From NCBI GenBank assembly GCA_050575255.1, contig JBNZDD010013635.1, positions 2,949,356-3,013,355 of the forward strand: 64,000 bases of DNA, written 5' to 3'. A model generated the notes under the pieces. That model was not told the origin of the DNA. It did not search any database and worked only from the letters and a program-made list of their open reading frames with translations. A program made the translations under genes and the position numbers. Positions 12,791-24,800 of the stretch are shown piece after piece (position 1 is the first letter of the stretch; the number at the start of each line of letters is the position of its first letter). Origin of the DNA: Harriotta raleighana (Eukaryota).

Positions 12791-13876
12791 TTCTGCCCTA
12801 AACATGCATCTTAACCTTAGCAAAGAACCAGCACACTCTGCACTCGCATGACAGTTTCCATTTCCAATACCAGCTATCCAGCTCTGTTCATTTTCAAGTA
12901 CTATACATAGAAATGCTGTTCGTACCTCCAAAAAGTTGCCCACAAACAAAAAGTACTTTGCAAATGGTGTTCCGAGACTATCTTTACTTTCATCTGAAAG
13001 TGCAAATATTTTTAAAGCATAAATTATTTATGTTATGTCGACATTCATTTCACAGGGAAAATGATGCACAGAATGTAATATTTACAAGGAAAGCTTGTAA
13101 TGTTTGAATTAAATTGTATCAAATTCATTTCTTGATAGACTTTTTTTGCTTGAGAGGCAGGATAGTGAATTCTCTCATAAAGCTTTATAAAAACGCAAAC
13201 TGAGCGGAATCCAGACTGATACCATAAACAGAAATTGAACCAACTCAGCAACTTGAATATTTTATGGGCTGAGGGGTTTTAGAGATGTTGTTTGGTATTT
13301 TGGTCATGTTCTTTTTGAGCGGTTGATCTGGGAATAGAGATGAACATCTCAGTTAATTTGAACTTCAGATCAAGACCCTCTGACCTTTGAATTCTGAAAA
13401 TCTAAAGCTTATAAAGATAAAAGACAAGCAGGGAAAGCTTTAGAAGGTTTAGCAGAAACTGGACACGCTCTTGTAGATTGCCAGAGAAGTCGGTTATAGA
13501 CCATCACAAGATTGGCAGGGAATCAGATACAGACACCATTGCAACAGACCAGATTAGCATGGATTCAGCACCGACATCTTTATACTGTATTAGGTTTATT
13601 TGTTACTTTATTCCAATTACAACAATGAAACACTATCTTTAACTGGAGAAGGAGGTGATTAGGCAACCTCTTCCTCCACGGAGAAAAATTACAAGTGCAA
13701 CACCGCTCCCGATTTTCAGAACTGCGTAGAATAGTGACTGTCTTTCCATTGTGTGCTTTTATCCAGCCCACACTGTCTCAGTTCAAATGAAAATAAATGA
13801 TTTTGAAATGTTTTAATGTAGCTTCTAGTAATTACATATCCACAACAGAATAATATCAAATGCAAGGATTAGAATG

Positions 13877-14117
13877 CAACAACAACAACAACATCACTTT
13901 TGTATAACACCTTTCATGTCGGGCAGACGTCCCAAGGCGCTGGACAGTCAGTGTTTCAGACCGAGCTGGGGTCAGGATCGAGGAGAGTGGAGGGAGAGGA
14001 GGGGAAGTGGGGTGACTGATGGGACCATCAAAGAGGAGAGTCTTGAGGCGGGGCTTAAATGAGGCTTCAGAGGGGGCGAGTCGGAGGGATTGCAGGATCG
14101 AATTCCAGAGGTTGGGA
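13877..14117 (-). mobile_element. L2 LINE 3' end
   Basis: (CAA)n tail, and LWNSILQSLRLAPSEASFKPRLKTLLFD in ORF 13856..14134. Confidence 0.85.
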
Positions 14118-14164
14118 TACACATAATTCATCATGAGTCATCAACTTCTTTAAAAAGCCCAAAG

Positions 14165-14380
14165 GGATGGCTTCCCCCAATGGAGTTGGCTAACTGCCTT
14201 ACTGGGTATAAAACTAAGACAGACACAGTAAGAAAATTGCATGTTTGAGATTCTCAGTTGTTGTTGAATTCACTGATCTCAGATGAATCTGGATTTTGGA
14301 CAGTGATCTTACTGTGGGGAGAACAGGCAGACTGATTGCTTTCCATTCACTTCAGCTGGAAAGTGTGATTGTTTGGCAGA
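14165..14380 (+). mobile_element. ancient SINE-like fragment (related pieces at 17480-17560, 57520-57790, 60790-60870(-), 62200-62320(-))
   Basis: Shared motifs ctgatt/cgc..tcca..ga.....gctggaaagtgt and ctcctgaagg...ggg..gcagttcc between copies. Resembles a recalled chondrichthyan SINE; name uncertain. Confidence 0.35.
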
Positions 14381-14759
14381 ATCATTTTAGCGTTTGGTAC
14401 CAATGAGCTGAGCCCACTGTCAAAACAGCGCAAATGACCAGAGGTAACAGAAAATTGATTCTGTTATTTGTAATGCTCCAGAGGCAACATGAAACCCCTC
14501 TCAAGAGGCAGTGGTAGGAGCCTGAATTTAGTTAATCCTTCCTGCTGTACACCCTTCTCATAAGTGTCTCCAGCAGTATTTACAATCCAACATGGAGAGC
14601 TATCTGTCACCTTAGAGCAGGCAATAAACTTACCTCAGTGGTAACAATGAGTTTCAAATATGGCATTCTCAAACTAGAAGTTATTTATTAAAAAGGCAAA
14701 CATTATCATCATTATGGTTAGTATTATGAGTTGTTGCGTTAAAATTTAACTTCCACAAT

Positions 14760-15035
14760 TAATAATAATAATAATCCATGCATTTGATAAAGCTCTTTTC
14801 ATGTTTTCTAGACGTCTCAAAGCACTTCACAGAACATACTGTGGCAGCCACATCAGTGTCCAACAAACAGTCATGGATTGAAATGACCAGTTCTTTTTTT
14901 TGAGGGATTATTATTAGGTATATGGAGTAAAGAAACTTGCCCAAGGTTTCGCCCTGCCTGGAATTGAACCCAGGACTCTCGCGTGTAAGGCAAGTGCTCT
15001 AACTACTGAACTCCATGTAGGAGTCCTGTAGGACT
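14760..15035 (-). mobile_element. young tRNA-Deu-L2 SINE (internally deleted)
   Basis: (TAA)n tail, gaaacttgcccaaggtttcgccctgcctggaattgaacccagg head. Confidence 0.85.
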
Positions 15036-15389
15036 ATTGTGCATTTTAATAACAAAATTCCTGAAATGGTTTTTCAGATGGCATTTTGCTTTTGTGTGAG
15101 TCTTAAGAGTCAGTGACCTGCTAAATTGTACAACGTTTATTTAGGGAGTGATTCCAATTGAAGTGTTTTACATTTCAGCAACTTTTTTTTCACAAATAAA
15201 GGCTGAATTTAAATAAAGAGCAGACACAATCAGTCTGAATGAGAAATACTTGAATTGTGAAATAGTATTTGTTCTTTTGCCATCTATGCTCCAGGTCTGC
15301 TGTGATCCAAGCTGCTGTACAGCAGAGGAAAACAGTATTCTAAATATGAATGCAACATTTACATTCTGCAATTGGTATCAACGAACTGT

Positions 15390-17200
15390 GATATGGTTAA
15401 CAGGGACTTTTTTTTATGGGCATTAATCGATTTAAATTACTACCGACAGGAGTAAACTGATAAAATTCCTCAGAATAATTCTCAATAGGGCATCCTAATT
15501 AATGCATGGCATTTGCACTTATAAGCTTATCTGACATTTATAATGAATTACCAGTCAGTTAATTATTTTTACATTTCAGTCATTACTGTGTCTTACTTTG
15601 AGAAATCTTATTTCAAGAGTGGGAGGGGGTAACCATTTATCAGTTGTTTTCTTTTACTCCTGCAAAGCTATGTTTTCATTCAGTTGGAGTGAAGCTCAGG
15701 GTAAATTAAATGGTAGTGATGATGATTGTGTGTCCAGCAGAGAAACGTACAACAAAACCCAATACATTTGTATCGGCCTTGCCTCTCATTATGCAGTAAC
15801 AACGGCGCTTTAGACCCAGTAGAAAGAGTTTGGGCAGAGGAGGTGAAAACAATGGAGGACATTGATGGGGATAAAGATGAATGCGATAATAGGAAGAACA
15901 TTAGAATAATGGGAAAAAATGATAAAAACCAAAGAAAAAAAAAATCGCACAGTAATTTTACATTTCCTCAGTACTGGATGCTTGTGAATTAATAATCCTC
16001 AATGGGCGGCTGCCTAATGAGCATGTTCACTGGNACCAAAGAAAAAAAAAATCGCACGGTAATTTTACATTTCCTCAGTACTGGATGCTCGTGAATTAAT
16101 AATCCTCAATGGGCGGCTGCCTAATGAGCATGTTCACTGGCGATTAATAACAACCCTCATTAAGATTTTCTAATCGCCATTAAAAAATAATCAAGTGCTC
16201 ATAATTGGAGCTGGGCAGTTGGTACCCGAACATGTCTTCCTTTTCACCCATCAAAGGAAAATGAACGAAGGAGCACAGGAAAGCTCGTGAGAATGGAGTG
16301 AAAGGAATAATAAAATCATTGGCCTTCAATGCGGGAGGCAGTGGACCGTGCCACCAGCACCCAGCACCACAAAAAGTACTGCAATTTCACTCCCTCACTT
16401 GAGAGACCAGGAAATTGCAAATCTAATGGGCTGTTTTCCTTAAGCTTGCGATGCAAGAGAAGCCAGACTATAATTTGGACTAATAGGCTCGTTTGGATTG
16501 CAAGCCATTTTCACTTGGAAGAATCACGTTTTCCACATTCCCTGACAGCTGGAACAGATTCTTTGTCCTCCACTAAACTGCTGCACCTTTACCTTTTGGA
16601 TGATGTATTAAACAGCGCTGAATACTTTTTTCATTATCCCTAAAACACAATACCTGGGGCAGTCGCCATCAATGATCAGTGGTGTGGAGAGCACTGTTTA
16701 TAAGCAGCCACCTTGACAGGCACGGTTAGATTAAAATAAAGGGTTGATCTTGAGTCTCGTGATTCTATGTGAATGTTTTTTAGATGCCAGCATGTAAAGC
16801 AATGAATAATCTGGGGGAGGGCGAGTGTTCATTGTATTCACAGCTTGACTCAGATCAAGATTCAGAATGACAGTTTTGAAACTTCTCCAACTTTGGCATT
16901 GGGCCGTGTGGCTTGTGAAAAAGACTTGATGAGATTAATTAGCCCCACATTTCCATTATGCTTGATTTTATATTTGATATACATTTATGGTGATAAAATC
17001 AATGATTTTTCAGGTCCGTTGCGTGCAGTGATGTGCAAAAAAAGGAGTGGCGGCAGCAGTGGAAACAGCCTCACCAGTATTGTCAACAAACGCAGATTTG
17101 GGTGTTCATAATGACATTCAACACTGGAAAATTTGATGATCTACTCAAAATCATTACTGACTAATTCATCTTGTGGAAGTTAGAATCTCATCAGAAACAT
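15390..17200. promoter_or_regulatory. putative conserved non-coding element / enhancer cluster
   Basis: Repeat-free for ~1.8 kb, dense TAAT/ATTA, TTTATGG (15413, 16984), TGACAG (16543, 16713, 16868). Conservation not tested. Confidence 0.45.
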
Positions 17201-17604
17201 TAAAATCAAAGTGCGCGGTTGATAGTTTTGGAGTATGATTTCCTTAAGGAAGAATCCTACTTTCATCTAACCACAGAAAATGATTTTCAATGATAAATTG
17301 TGATGGAATGTGTACGGTGTGTTGTTGTTATAGGTACACGTCAGAGTAGCTGGCTATTGCTGAATGGAATTGTTCACAGGGTGATTCCATTTCTTTCTAC
17401 GAGCATGAAATCTGTTGAAAAAGCAGAAAATGGGTCCCTGATAGGTCAATAATTTCTGAAACACATGGATTTGTAATAAACCACATAAACCAGAGAGATT
17501 CAAGATAAGATGTCTGATCTGTGGCGAGTCAGCTGATTTCAGATAGGATACCCCTAGTTGCCGGGGGTATTATACAATAAGTGTCTTTATTCTCCACTGT
17601 TTAA

Positions 17605-17795
17605 AATAAAAGTGGCCATTGATTTCAAGGCTGTTTGTGGGACATCGCTGTGTACAAATTGCAAACTAGTTATTGCATTTGTTTAGAAAATACGCAATCA
17701 TTATATTTGATAGTGTATTATGTAAAGCACTTTCAGATGCCTTCCCATCATGAAAGGTGTTTCAACAAATGTAAGGATTATTAATGTTATTTGGT
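17605..17795 (+). mobile_element. tRNA-Deu-L2 SINE 3' half
   Basis: ctgtttgtgggacatcgctgtg...aaatgtaaggattatt. Confidence 0.7.
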
Positions 17796-20093
17796 TATTA
17801 TACAGGAAGCCGAAAATTCAACCAGTGCGTCCATTGTGAAATACTGTATCTAGTCACCCCTTCCTGGACAATGCAACTGAATTTCAGATGAGGACAGAAT
17901 CCAAATCCACTGTGAAGGCCAACCTTCATCTCAAATATGCTTCTGACATTGTTTAGTTTAGACTCGGGCTTGGAGATTGCCGCCTGTATTTTGCACTCTG
18001 GTCGGAGTCTCTGCCTTTAATAGACGTGGGCAGATAAGGAGAAAAAGCTTGAAAGGATCGCACTGCGTTTAACTTATTTAAAATGATATATTCATAGAAT
18101 GTTTGAAATGATGGACTCATTCAAGGAATCATAATTCAATGGCAAAAGTAAACGCAAGTTCAATGTAATGTCCCAGTATAAAACCAGTCTTGTGTGAAGT
18201 ATCACCCCAAAATGTCAACCCATTGTTCTTTCATTACAATAAGCTCCATTTCATTTCAGAGCAGATTTCTTTAACTGAATGAATAATAAAAATAATCGTT
18301 GCATTTGCATTTGGTATGAACTAAATGGAATGGAATGTATGCTAATGCTGTGTAAATAGATTTGTCAAACGTAACCTATAGATTCACCTCCATATAAGCA
18401 AATGCAACACTGTAGGAGTCATGCCACAGCTTGTGTTATCATTAATGGATGCCAAATAGCAGAAAGGAATCCCTTTGCTGTAACTGCAACAACAGGAACA
18501 GCATTATTTTGTCATCAATCTTATGAGATTAAGTCATTAATTTTCAATGCAAAGTCCCCATTTATTGCATGCCTTCCACAGTCGAATGGGTAAAACATCA
18601 TTTGTAATCATTAGTGATGCAAACATTTACATATTCAATTAATAATTCAAAGCACAGGCAGTTCTGAAATATATTGAACTGCATCAGAAGTAAAAACACA
18701 TATATTGTATTACAAGTCATCGGGGAATATCGATTCAACACTCTTAATTGACACTTGTTTTAACACTTTGCATATGTTAGCTTGCTGAACAATGCCCAGC
18801 CATGGAAATATAATCTTTCATACACGATTACAGAAAACCTTTATCACATTTTGAATGCCATTTTGGTAAGAAGGTAGCTTAACGAGACAATATTGAAATG
18901 AGAAATATCCTTTTCCAATCTCTTTTAGTTATTTAATATCTTTATATTAGGATCCATGTTAATATCTCTCTGGAAGAAAAACAGTACAACACATTCACAT
19001 AAAAAGCGCCATATCAAATGCAAGGATTATTATTATTAAATATAGGATATTACTGTACTTCAATTTAATAGTAATAAGGGGACCATAATAATGCACACAC
19101 TTGCATTGAAATGCAAGTGAGACTGACTCAACAAGAGTTGTCCACAATGTATGGTTTGAACAGTAATAAAGGTGGATAAATTATTATCATGATTGTCAAT
19201 TTGTCTGTTTAGTGTCCTCCCATTGCAAAAATTCTTTTTTGGCAGAAAAAAATCAATAGAAGTCTTGAAAAAATAATTTCAAATGATCGTTAATATTATC
19301 CGGTGAATACAATTAAGAAAAAAGTGAAAATTCATTTTTAAACTAACCCCACATATAATATATAAACAATTCGTTAATCTATTCAGAATAAAATATTCAA
19401 TGCAAAAAAATGCCTGGATATGCTGTTCTGGCAATACATTAACTGTAAAAATGGTTGTTATTATTATTATTACACAGGGATAAATTCACAAAACATATTG
19501 AATTGAGAGATTAATACTTAGATGACCTTAATGAATACATTAAGTTGAGTGCATGGAACAGAATAAGCCCCAATGAGGTATGAGGTGAGGAGGCAGGGGT
19601 TTGTCAGCCTCTAATTTTTCTCAAGGGTTAATATGAATAATAAATTACTGTCGTTGTCAAGGTGGGACAATGAAGAGCAAACAACTCACTGCCTGAGGAA
19701 TGTGGAGCAAAAAAGTTTTGTACTACTTTGGCAAACCAGATCAGATCTCCAGAAGGTTCTGTTGTTATGCGCCTCTATAATGTATTAAAATTCCAATCTC
19801 AAGCATACATTTCTCAGTGACATTTCCATTTCTCAAAACTGATGGCATTATCATCCCCGAGTGATATTGGCAAGCTAGGGCCTGGGTAATGGGGCACTTT
19901 TGTGCTGTGGCCTTGCACTTAGTAGAAATTGAATTGTGACAGTCCAAAAGAATTTCACTTAGGACCTTTCCTGCTATTAGCAGAATGAAAATTCCACATC
20001 ACCAGCTTGGCTTGGAATGCCATTCACATTGGTGAATGCCATTCACATTAGTGAATGCACAAAGCTCTCACCCACTCATGCTCCATTCATTGT

Positions 20094-20192
20094 GGAGTCC
20101 TACAGCTCAGCGGTTGGAGCACTTGCCTTGCCAGCGAGAGGCTTGGGTTTGTTTCCTGGCAGGGCAAAATGCAAGGATGATTATTATTATTT
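20094..20192 (+). mobile_element. mini-SINE: tRNA head fused directly to tail
   Basis: ggagtcctacagctcagcggttggagcac...ggcagggc|aaaatgcaaggatgattattatt. Confidence 0.8.
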
Positions 20193-20733
20193 GCCATCTG
20201 CACATTCTTCAATGGAAATATAGAAATTGTACTTTGTATTCAGAGAAGTAAGAGGTTGCGATACCTCAGTGAAAGAACTATTATCATATTGTTCATATTT
20301 TTCTCAGCAAGGTCGATGCAATTGAATTGATTTGTTCAGAGCACAATTGTACATTTCAATGGCCAACTCCTTTCCCTCCACCCCCACCCCCAACCAATTT
20401 TTTTTTTTTAAATCAATAGCACATACTAACAGATGTGCAAAGGTAATTTCTGACATGTTCCTCCTTTATACAATAACACAACAATTGAGTGTAAAGACAT
20501 ACAATTTTCAATCTCTCTTTCTATCAAGGAGAAATTGCAATGAGTTATTGTGGACAGACTATAGCCTCTGTGGAAATCTAGAAAGCAATATTTTGGATGA
20601 GCCTGGATGCCAATTGAAAGTAATCTAATCTGGGCAATGCACCCACTTGTTTCTGTTTGCAGGACCAACACAGAAGCAAGATCCAGATGTTGGTACCTGG
20701 ATTGTTTTCCATCCATAACTAATGTCACTGAGA

Positions 20734-20746
20734 GGCCACCTGGTGG
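20734..20746 (-). promoter_or_regulatory. CTCF-like motif
   Basis: Reverse complement is CCACCAGGTGGCC. Confidence 0.35.
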
Positions 20747-21274
20747 TGAAACTGTGTTCCTCTTCATGACTGAAAGAAAGTAAATAATATTGGAAAATAG
20801 AACATTCCTTGCCAGATGGGAGCCTTTACCCAACAATTTGAAATTCTGTTCACGAAGGACTACTTTGTACTGAAAGGAGAGTCTCCTACTCAATACCTCT
20901 CAGTGATATGGTCAGCATCTCCCATTACATTTAAAGTGAAATGAGCTTCTGTTTAAGGTGAGGGGGAATTACCAATTAATTCTGTTGGTCAAGGAGATGG
21001 AACAAAGGAAGAGATAATGAGAGTATCATTCTGGTAAATTCCCTACATTTTTCTATAACCTTTAACTGTAAAGTGCTTCATTTCTGCAGTGATAGGGAAA
21101 CATTTTTGTTGATATTTTCTCCTCGGGATGGAATCATGGTGATTTGGAGGTCTGAAACTAGAAAGAAAATCTGAACAGAGCAAAAAAAGACCAAATAAAA
21201 CAACTTGGCATAGATGACCAACTAAAGGCTTGCATGTAGGAAGTTATGTATGAATGTGTCTTTTGATTTTTCTC

Positions 21275-21410
21275 TAATAATAATCCTTGCATTTGATACA
21301 ACACCTTAGCACTTCGATGAGACATTTCAAAGCTCTTCACAGAATATACTGTGAAGTGAATTGACTGTACATTTTGTTTGTGTCATACAATGTCTTTTAA
21401 ACATTCATGC
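21275..21410 (-). mobile_element. tRNA-Deu-L2 SINE 3' part
   Basis: taataataatccttgcatttgata...cttcacagaatatactgtgaagtgaattgactgta. Confidence 0.75.
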
Positions 21411-23479
21411 ACAGTTATCCAGAAGCATTGTCTTCCTGTGTTGCTGCCGAGTGTCACGATTGCGATTCAGTGGTTACAACTGTTTTTGCTGGGAAGCCCC
21501 ATAAGGGCAATTTGAGGATTTTCTTCACCCTTCTCTAGCATTGTTGAGTCTGAAAGAAATGGTAAGAGTCCCTTGTCAATAATTTTCAGTCAGGTAATGT
21601 TCAAAGGATTGAATTGTGTTCTCGTCTTGATTTATATGAGATCAAAGTAATGCCTTTGGTTCAAAAGAAAATCACCAAAGTACTCCAGGAAGATATGACA
21701 GCATCATCTGTGAAGATTAAGAGGATTCACTCTTGTTTTAGGGGCTGGCAGCCTGTAGATATTAATTGTTTGTGTTGAAAGCATTTGCATTTTTTAAAAC
21801 AACTGTTCTTGAATCTATTCTTCTGATCCCTGTGCTGTCGTCAGTACCTTCAAGGTCTTTTAATCTCTAGAGCCACTTCAAACGCTATCTGTGAGTGTCT
21901 CTTGATTCTTTTATTTTCAATGCAAGGTTTTTTTTCTTCTTACGTCTCCGTTATACTGTATGAAGATAATTTTCCTGCTTCTCGCTTTTCTTGGAGTGCA
22001 ATTTGGTAGAATTTAAAAAAATCTTTTACAAGACGATGAAGGAACCATTATCAACTTCCTCCATAACTTCTATTTCATTTCCCAGGGAGGAGTGATTCCT
22101 TTTTACTGTCTTTGAGATAAGATTTTAGATCACTAACCATCCAGATAAGTGCCGTAATATATTTTATACCCACATAAGAAATGGTACCAGTAAACATACT
22201 TCTATTAAAGTGTTAATAACTTCAATTTCAGCAACCATATCACCTTGATGGATTCTCAAAAACTCAAGGCTCTGTGGGGACGATAGCAGTCATTTTTTTT
22301 TTAAAAAGGACAGCTTTTTAACCCTCACCATCATCTCTACCATCTGAAATGTGGGGTCTCTTTTTTTCCTATTTATGTCTGCATGTTTCTCAATCATTTT
22401 CTCTGAGTTTAGCTTATATCTAGGTGTCATTTGTGCTTCTGGCAATCACAAAACACTGCAGCTGAAGCCTCTGACATACAGGGCCCAAAACATCTGAAAG
22501 CGAGGTACAAATATTCAGTGGCATAATTGCCTCCTAATAACTCAGGCCCTTCTAACAGTTTTCAGTCTGTAGATTAACTAATTTTATTCATCCAGTGGTC
22601 TGAAGACCAATTAATTCAGAGAGTTCAAATGTATTAATATTATAAAATCCCACACTTCAATACTTTGAGCTTCAGTACTTCAGAATCAATATGCACAGTT
22701 CAGTTTAGCTGCTAGCATCTCGCTTTAATCAGCTGAGTCGACTAAGCCATTAATACCAGCGTTCCTACAATCTTAAAACATAGATGAAATACAGTGGTTA
22801 ATTCTACCCACCTTTTCAACTCAAGTTGGTTAAGATGTATTGGCAGTCTTGACTTTCATGAGACATGTTCAAAGAATCTGTTTTGCTCAGGGTCATTTCT
22901 CAGACCTTCAGCTCCTTGTCAGTGTGGGTGGACACCCACACAACTGCAGAACAAAGTCAAGACACTGCAGCTTAATAGGAGCGAACAAGGACAGGATCCA
23001 AGGACATAGCAATGTAAATCATGTTCGCACAACTGAAATAAAATACTTAAAAGTAAAAGGGAAAGAACAGGTTCTCCCAGTTACACAGTCAAAGTCTAAG
23101 TAAGTGATCAAAGAACTAGGAAAAACACAGAAGGAGAATGCAATGCCCTACCCATCAATTAATCTGTTGAAGACATGGCCAACAAATCTTGGGAACATAC
23201 ACTTAAATAGAATATACTGTTCAAGGATCATGCGGTCAATCTAGTGCAGCGGACACATTTCTATGAACTCCCAGTCAGACCATTATTTCACCCCATGCTG
23301 CCTCTTGCCAAGCTGTAAGCTGACTCCCCCCCACTCGGCTTGGAAGGCACAAAGATGTCTAACTGTGTAAGAGGTCAGTGCCAAATAACTAATATATTTG
23401 CCCTTAAAAATAACAAAGCAAAGGTTGGGCAGTTGAAACAGATTTGAAACTGACAGCTCTGAGGCAGAGCTAAACATGG

Positions 23480-23635
23480 AAAATGCACAGCAGGTCGATC
23501 AGCATCAGAAAAAGAAAGCTAGGTTAACATTTCAGGAGTGACCCTGAATAAAATGTTAGCAGATGAAAAGGGTTGCATCCAAAACATTAACCCATTTTTC
23601 GCTATCAGGTGTTGATCCATCAGTTGTGTAGTTTT
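23480..23635. mobile_element. Penelope-like inverted repeat remnant
   Basis: Two ~66-bp arms (23480-23545, 23569-23635) are reverse-complementary at roughly two-thirds identity. Resembles the recalled chondrichthyan Penelope repeat (cagcaggtc..cagcatc...gttaacgtttcagg). Confidence 0.55.
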
Positions 23636-23865
23636 TGTTTATATCTGTCAATCTTCCCAAACCTTTCACAAAATAAAATGATCGGAATACCATTACAGAC
23701 CTTTCATAGCTGCACCCTCCAGTACCTCAGATAAATAAGTATCACTCAGGTGAATTTTTGACAGTTCAACAAAACTTATACTAAATCATAGCAAATTCAT
23801 ACTTTTCTCACCTTAAAGGTTGGGTTATTTGCTCATCAAGCTCAAGTTAAAGAAACTTTTCCGCT

Positions 23866-24050
23866 TTGTGCCTCAACATCGAGCTCTCCCAGGTCAATTG
23901 AAGCATTATTCAATCCAGAGTAAAGCTCATTCAACTCTGCCTCATCACAGCATTTCAAACTAAACTCCAGACACAGACCATCTACCTTTCTGACCTTCCT
24001 GACCAAGACCGTCCAATTTCATTGAATTCTCAGCCTTTCCAGCTATTGGA
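23866..24050 (-). mobile_element. LF-SINE-related fragment
   Basis: atcgagctctcccaggtca...cagagtaaagctc...tctgcctcatca resembles the recalled antisense LF-SINE-like 3' region. Confidence 0.35.
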
Positions 24051-24088
24051 GTTCCTTGATATGCAATGAACAAAACACAGGTTCAATA

Positions 24089-24172
24089 TTAATAATAATC
24101 TTTGATATAATGTTTTTCACATCTTCTAGACATCTCAAAGCGCTTCACAGAAAGTGAATTGACTGTATATAC
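24089..24172 (-). mobile_element. tRNA-Deu-L2 SINE tail
   Basis: ttttcacatcttctagacatctcaaagcgcttcacagaaagtgaattgactgtat. Confidence 0.75.
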
Positions 24173-24295
24173 ATGGCCAAAATGCAAAAATATTATACTG
24201 TTTTGTATTGTCATCCCATCAGTGTTTTATGGAGTGTATTTGAATTCTTGCCCATGGAACTAGTCTGGTTTCTATCACAGATCTGACTAGCACTT

Positions 24296-24420
24296 GCATA
24301 GAAACTTACAACACAGAAGAAGACAATTCAGCCCATTTTGTCTCTTTTAAAGAGCAGCGCTTTCAGTTCCATTAAACCTTTTCCTCATACCCCTTCAATG
24401 GGATCATTCTCAAACCACAT
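24296..24420 (-). mobile_element. CR1 3' UTR remnant
   Basis: catagaaacttacaacacagaagaagacaattcagcccat, cf. 47941-47980. Confidence 0.55.
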
Positions 24421-24673
24421 TTCCAGTAAACTACTTGGTCCTCGTCAGGCATTTTCCTTTGTTTGTCTGTGACTCTGTAATATTGCAGAAGACAGGTATC
24501 AAAGATTATCATTCACAAATGAGATAAAAACAGGAAATTGGGTGTTCTTAAGCATTTACGTTAAAATACTGGATGTAGGCTTCATGGTTTAGTACAAAAT
24601 AGTTAGTTTCTTACTGCAGTACCAGTTGATGGTTGCGTATGTAGATGAATGTTGCCTCGGTGAAAGATAAGGT

Positions 24674-24800
24674 CATTAGAATCATCGAAATTTACAGCAT
24701 AGAAGGAAACCATTCAGCCCATTAAATCTGCATTGACTCTCTGTACAAGGTGTACTTACTGTCTCACTGCCCTGCCCTATCCCTATTTCTCTTCAAGCCT
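24674..24800 (-). mobile_element. CR1 3' UTR remnant
   Basis: tagaatcatcgaaatttacagcatagaaggaaaccattcagcccat. Confidence 0.6.

Noticed and set aside
14635-14674. 40-nt minus-strand exon with GAG|gtaagt donor
   Set aside because: Weak acceptor, not frame-preserving, unrecognised peptide
15797-15990. Acidic/basic peptide (DPVERVWAEEVKTMEDIDGD...) as an exon
   Set aside because: Purine-rich low-complexity sequence, no good donor, no recognised protein
23560-23590. Active hammerhead ribozyme
   Set aside because: Both catalytic boxes are mutated. Other CTGATGA occurrences I checked lack stem II plus GAAA.
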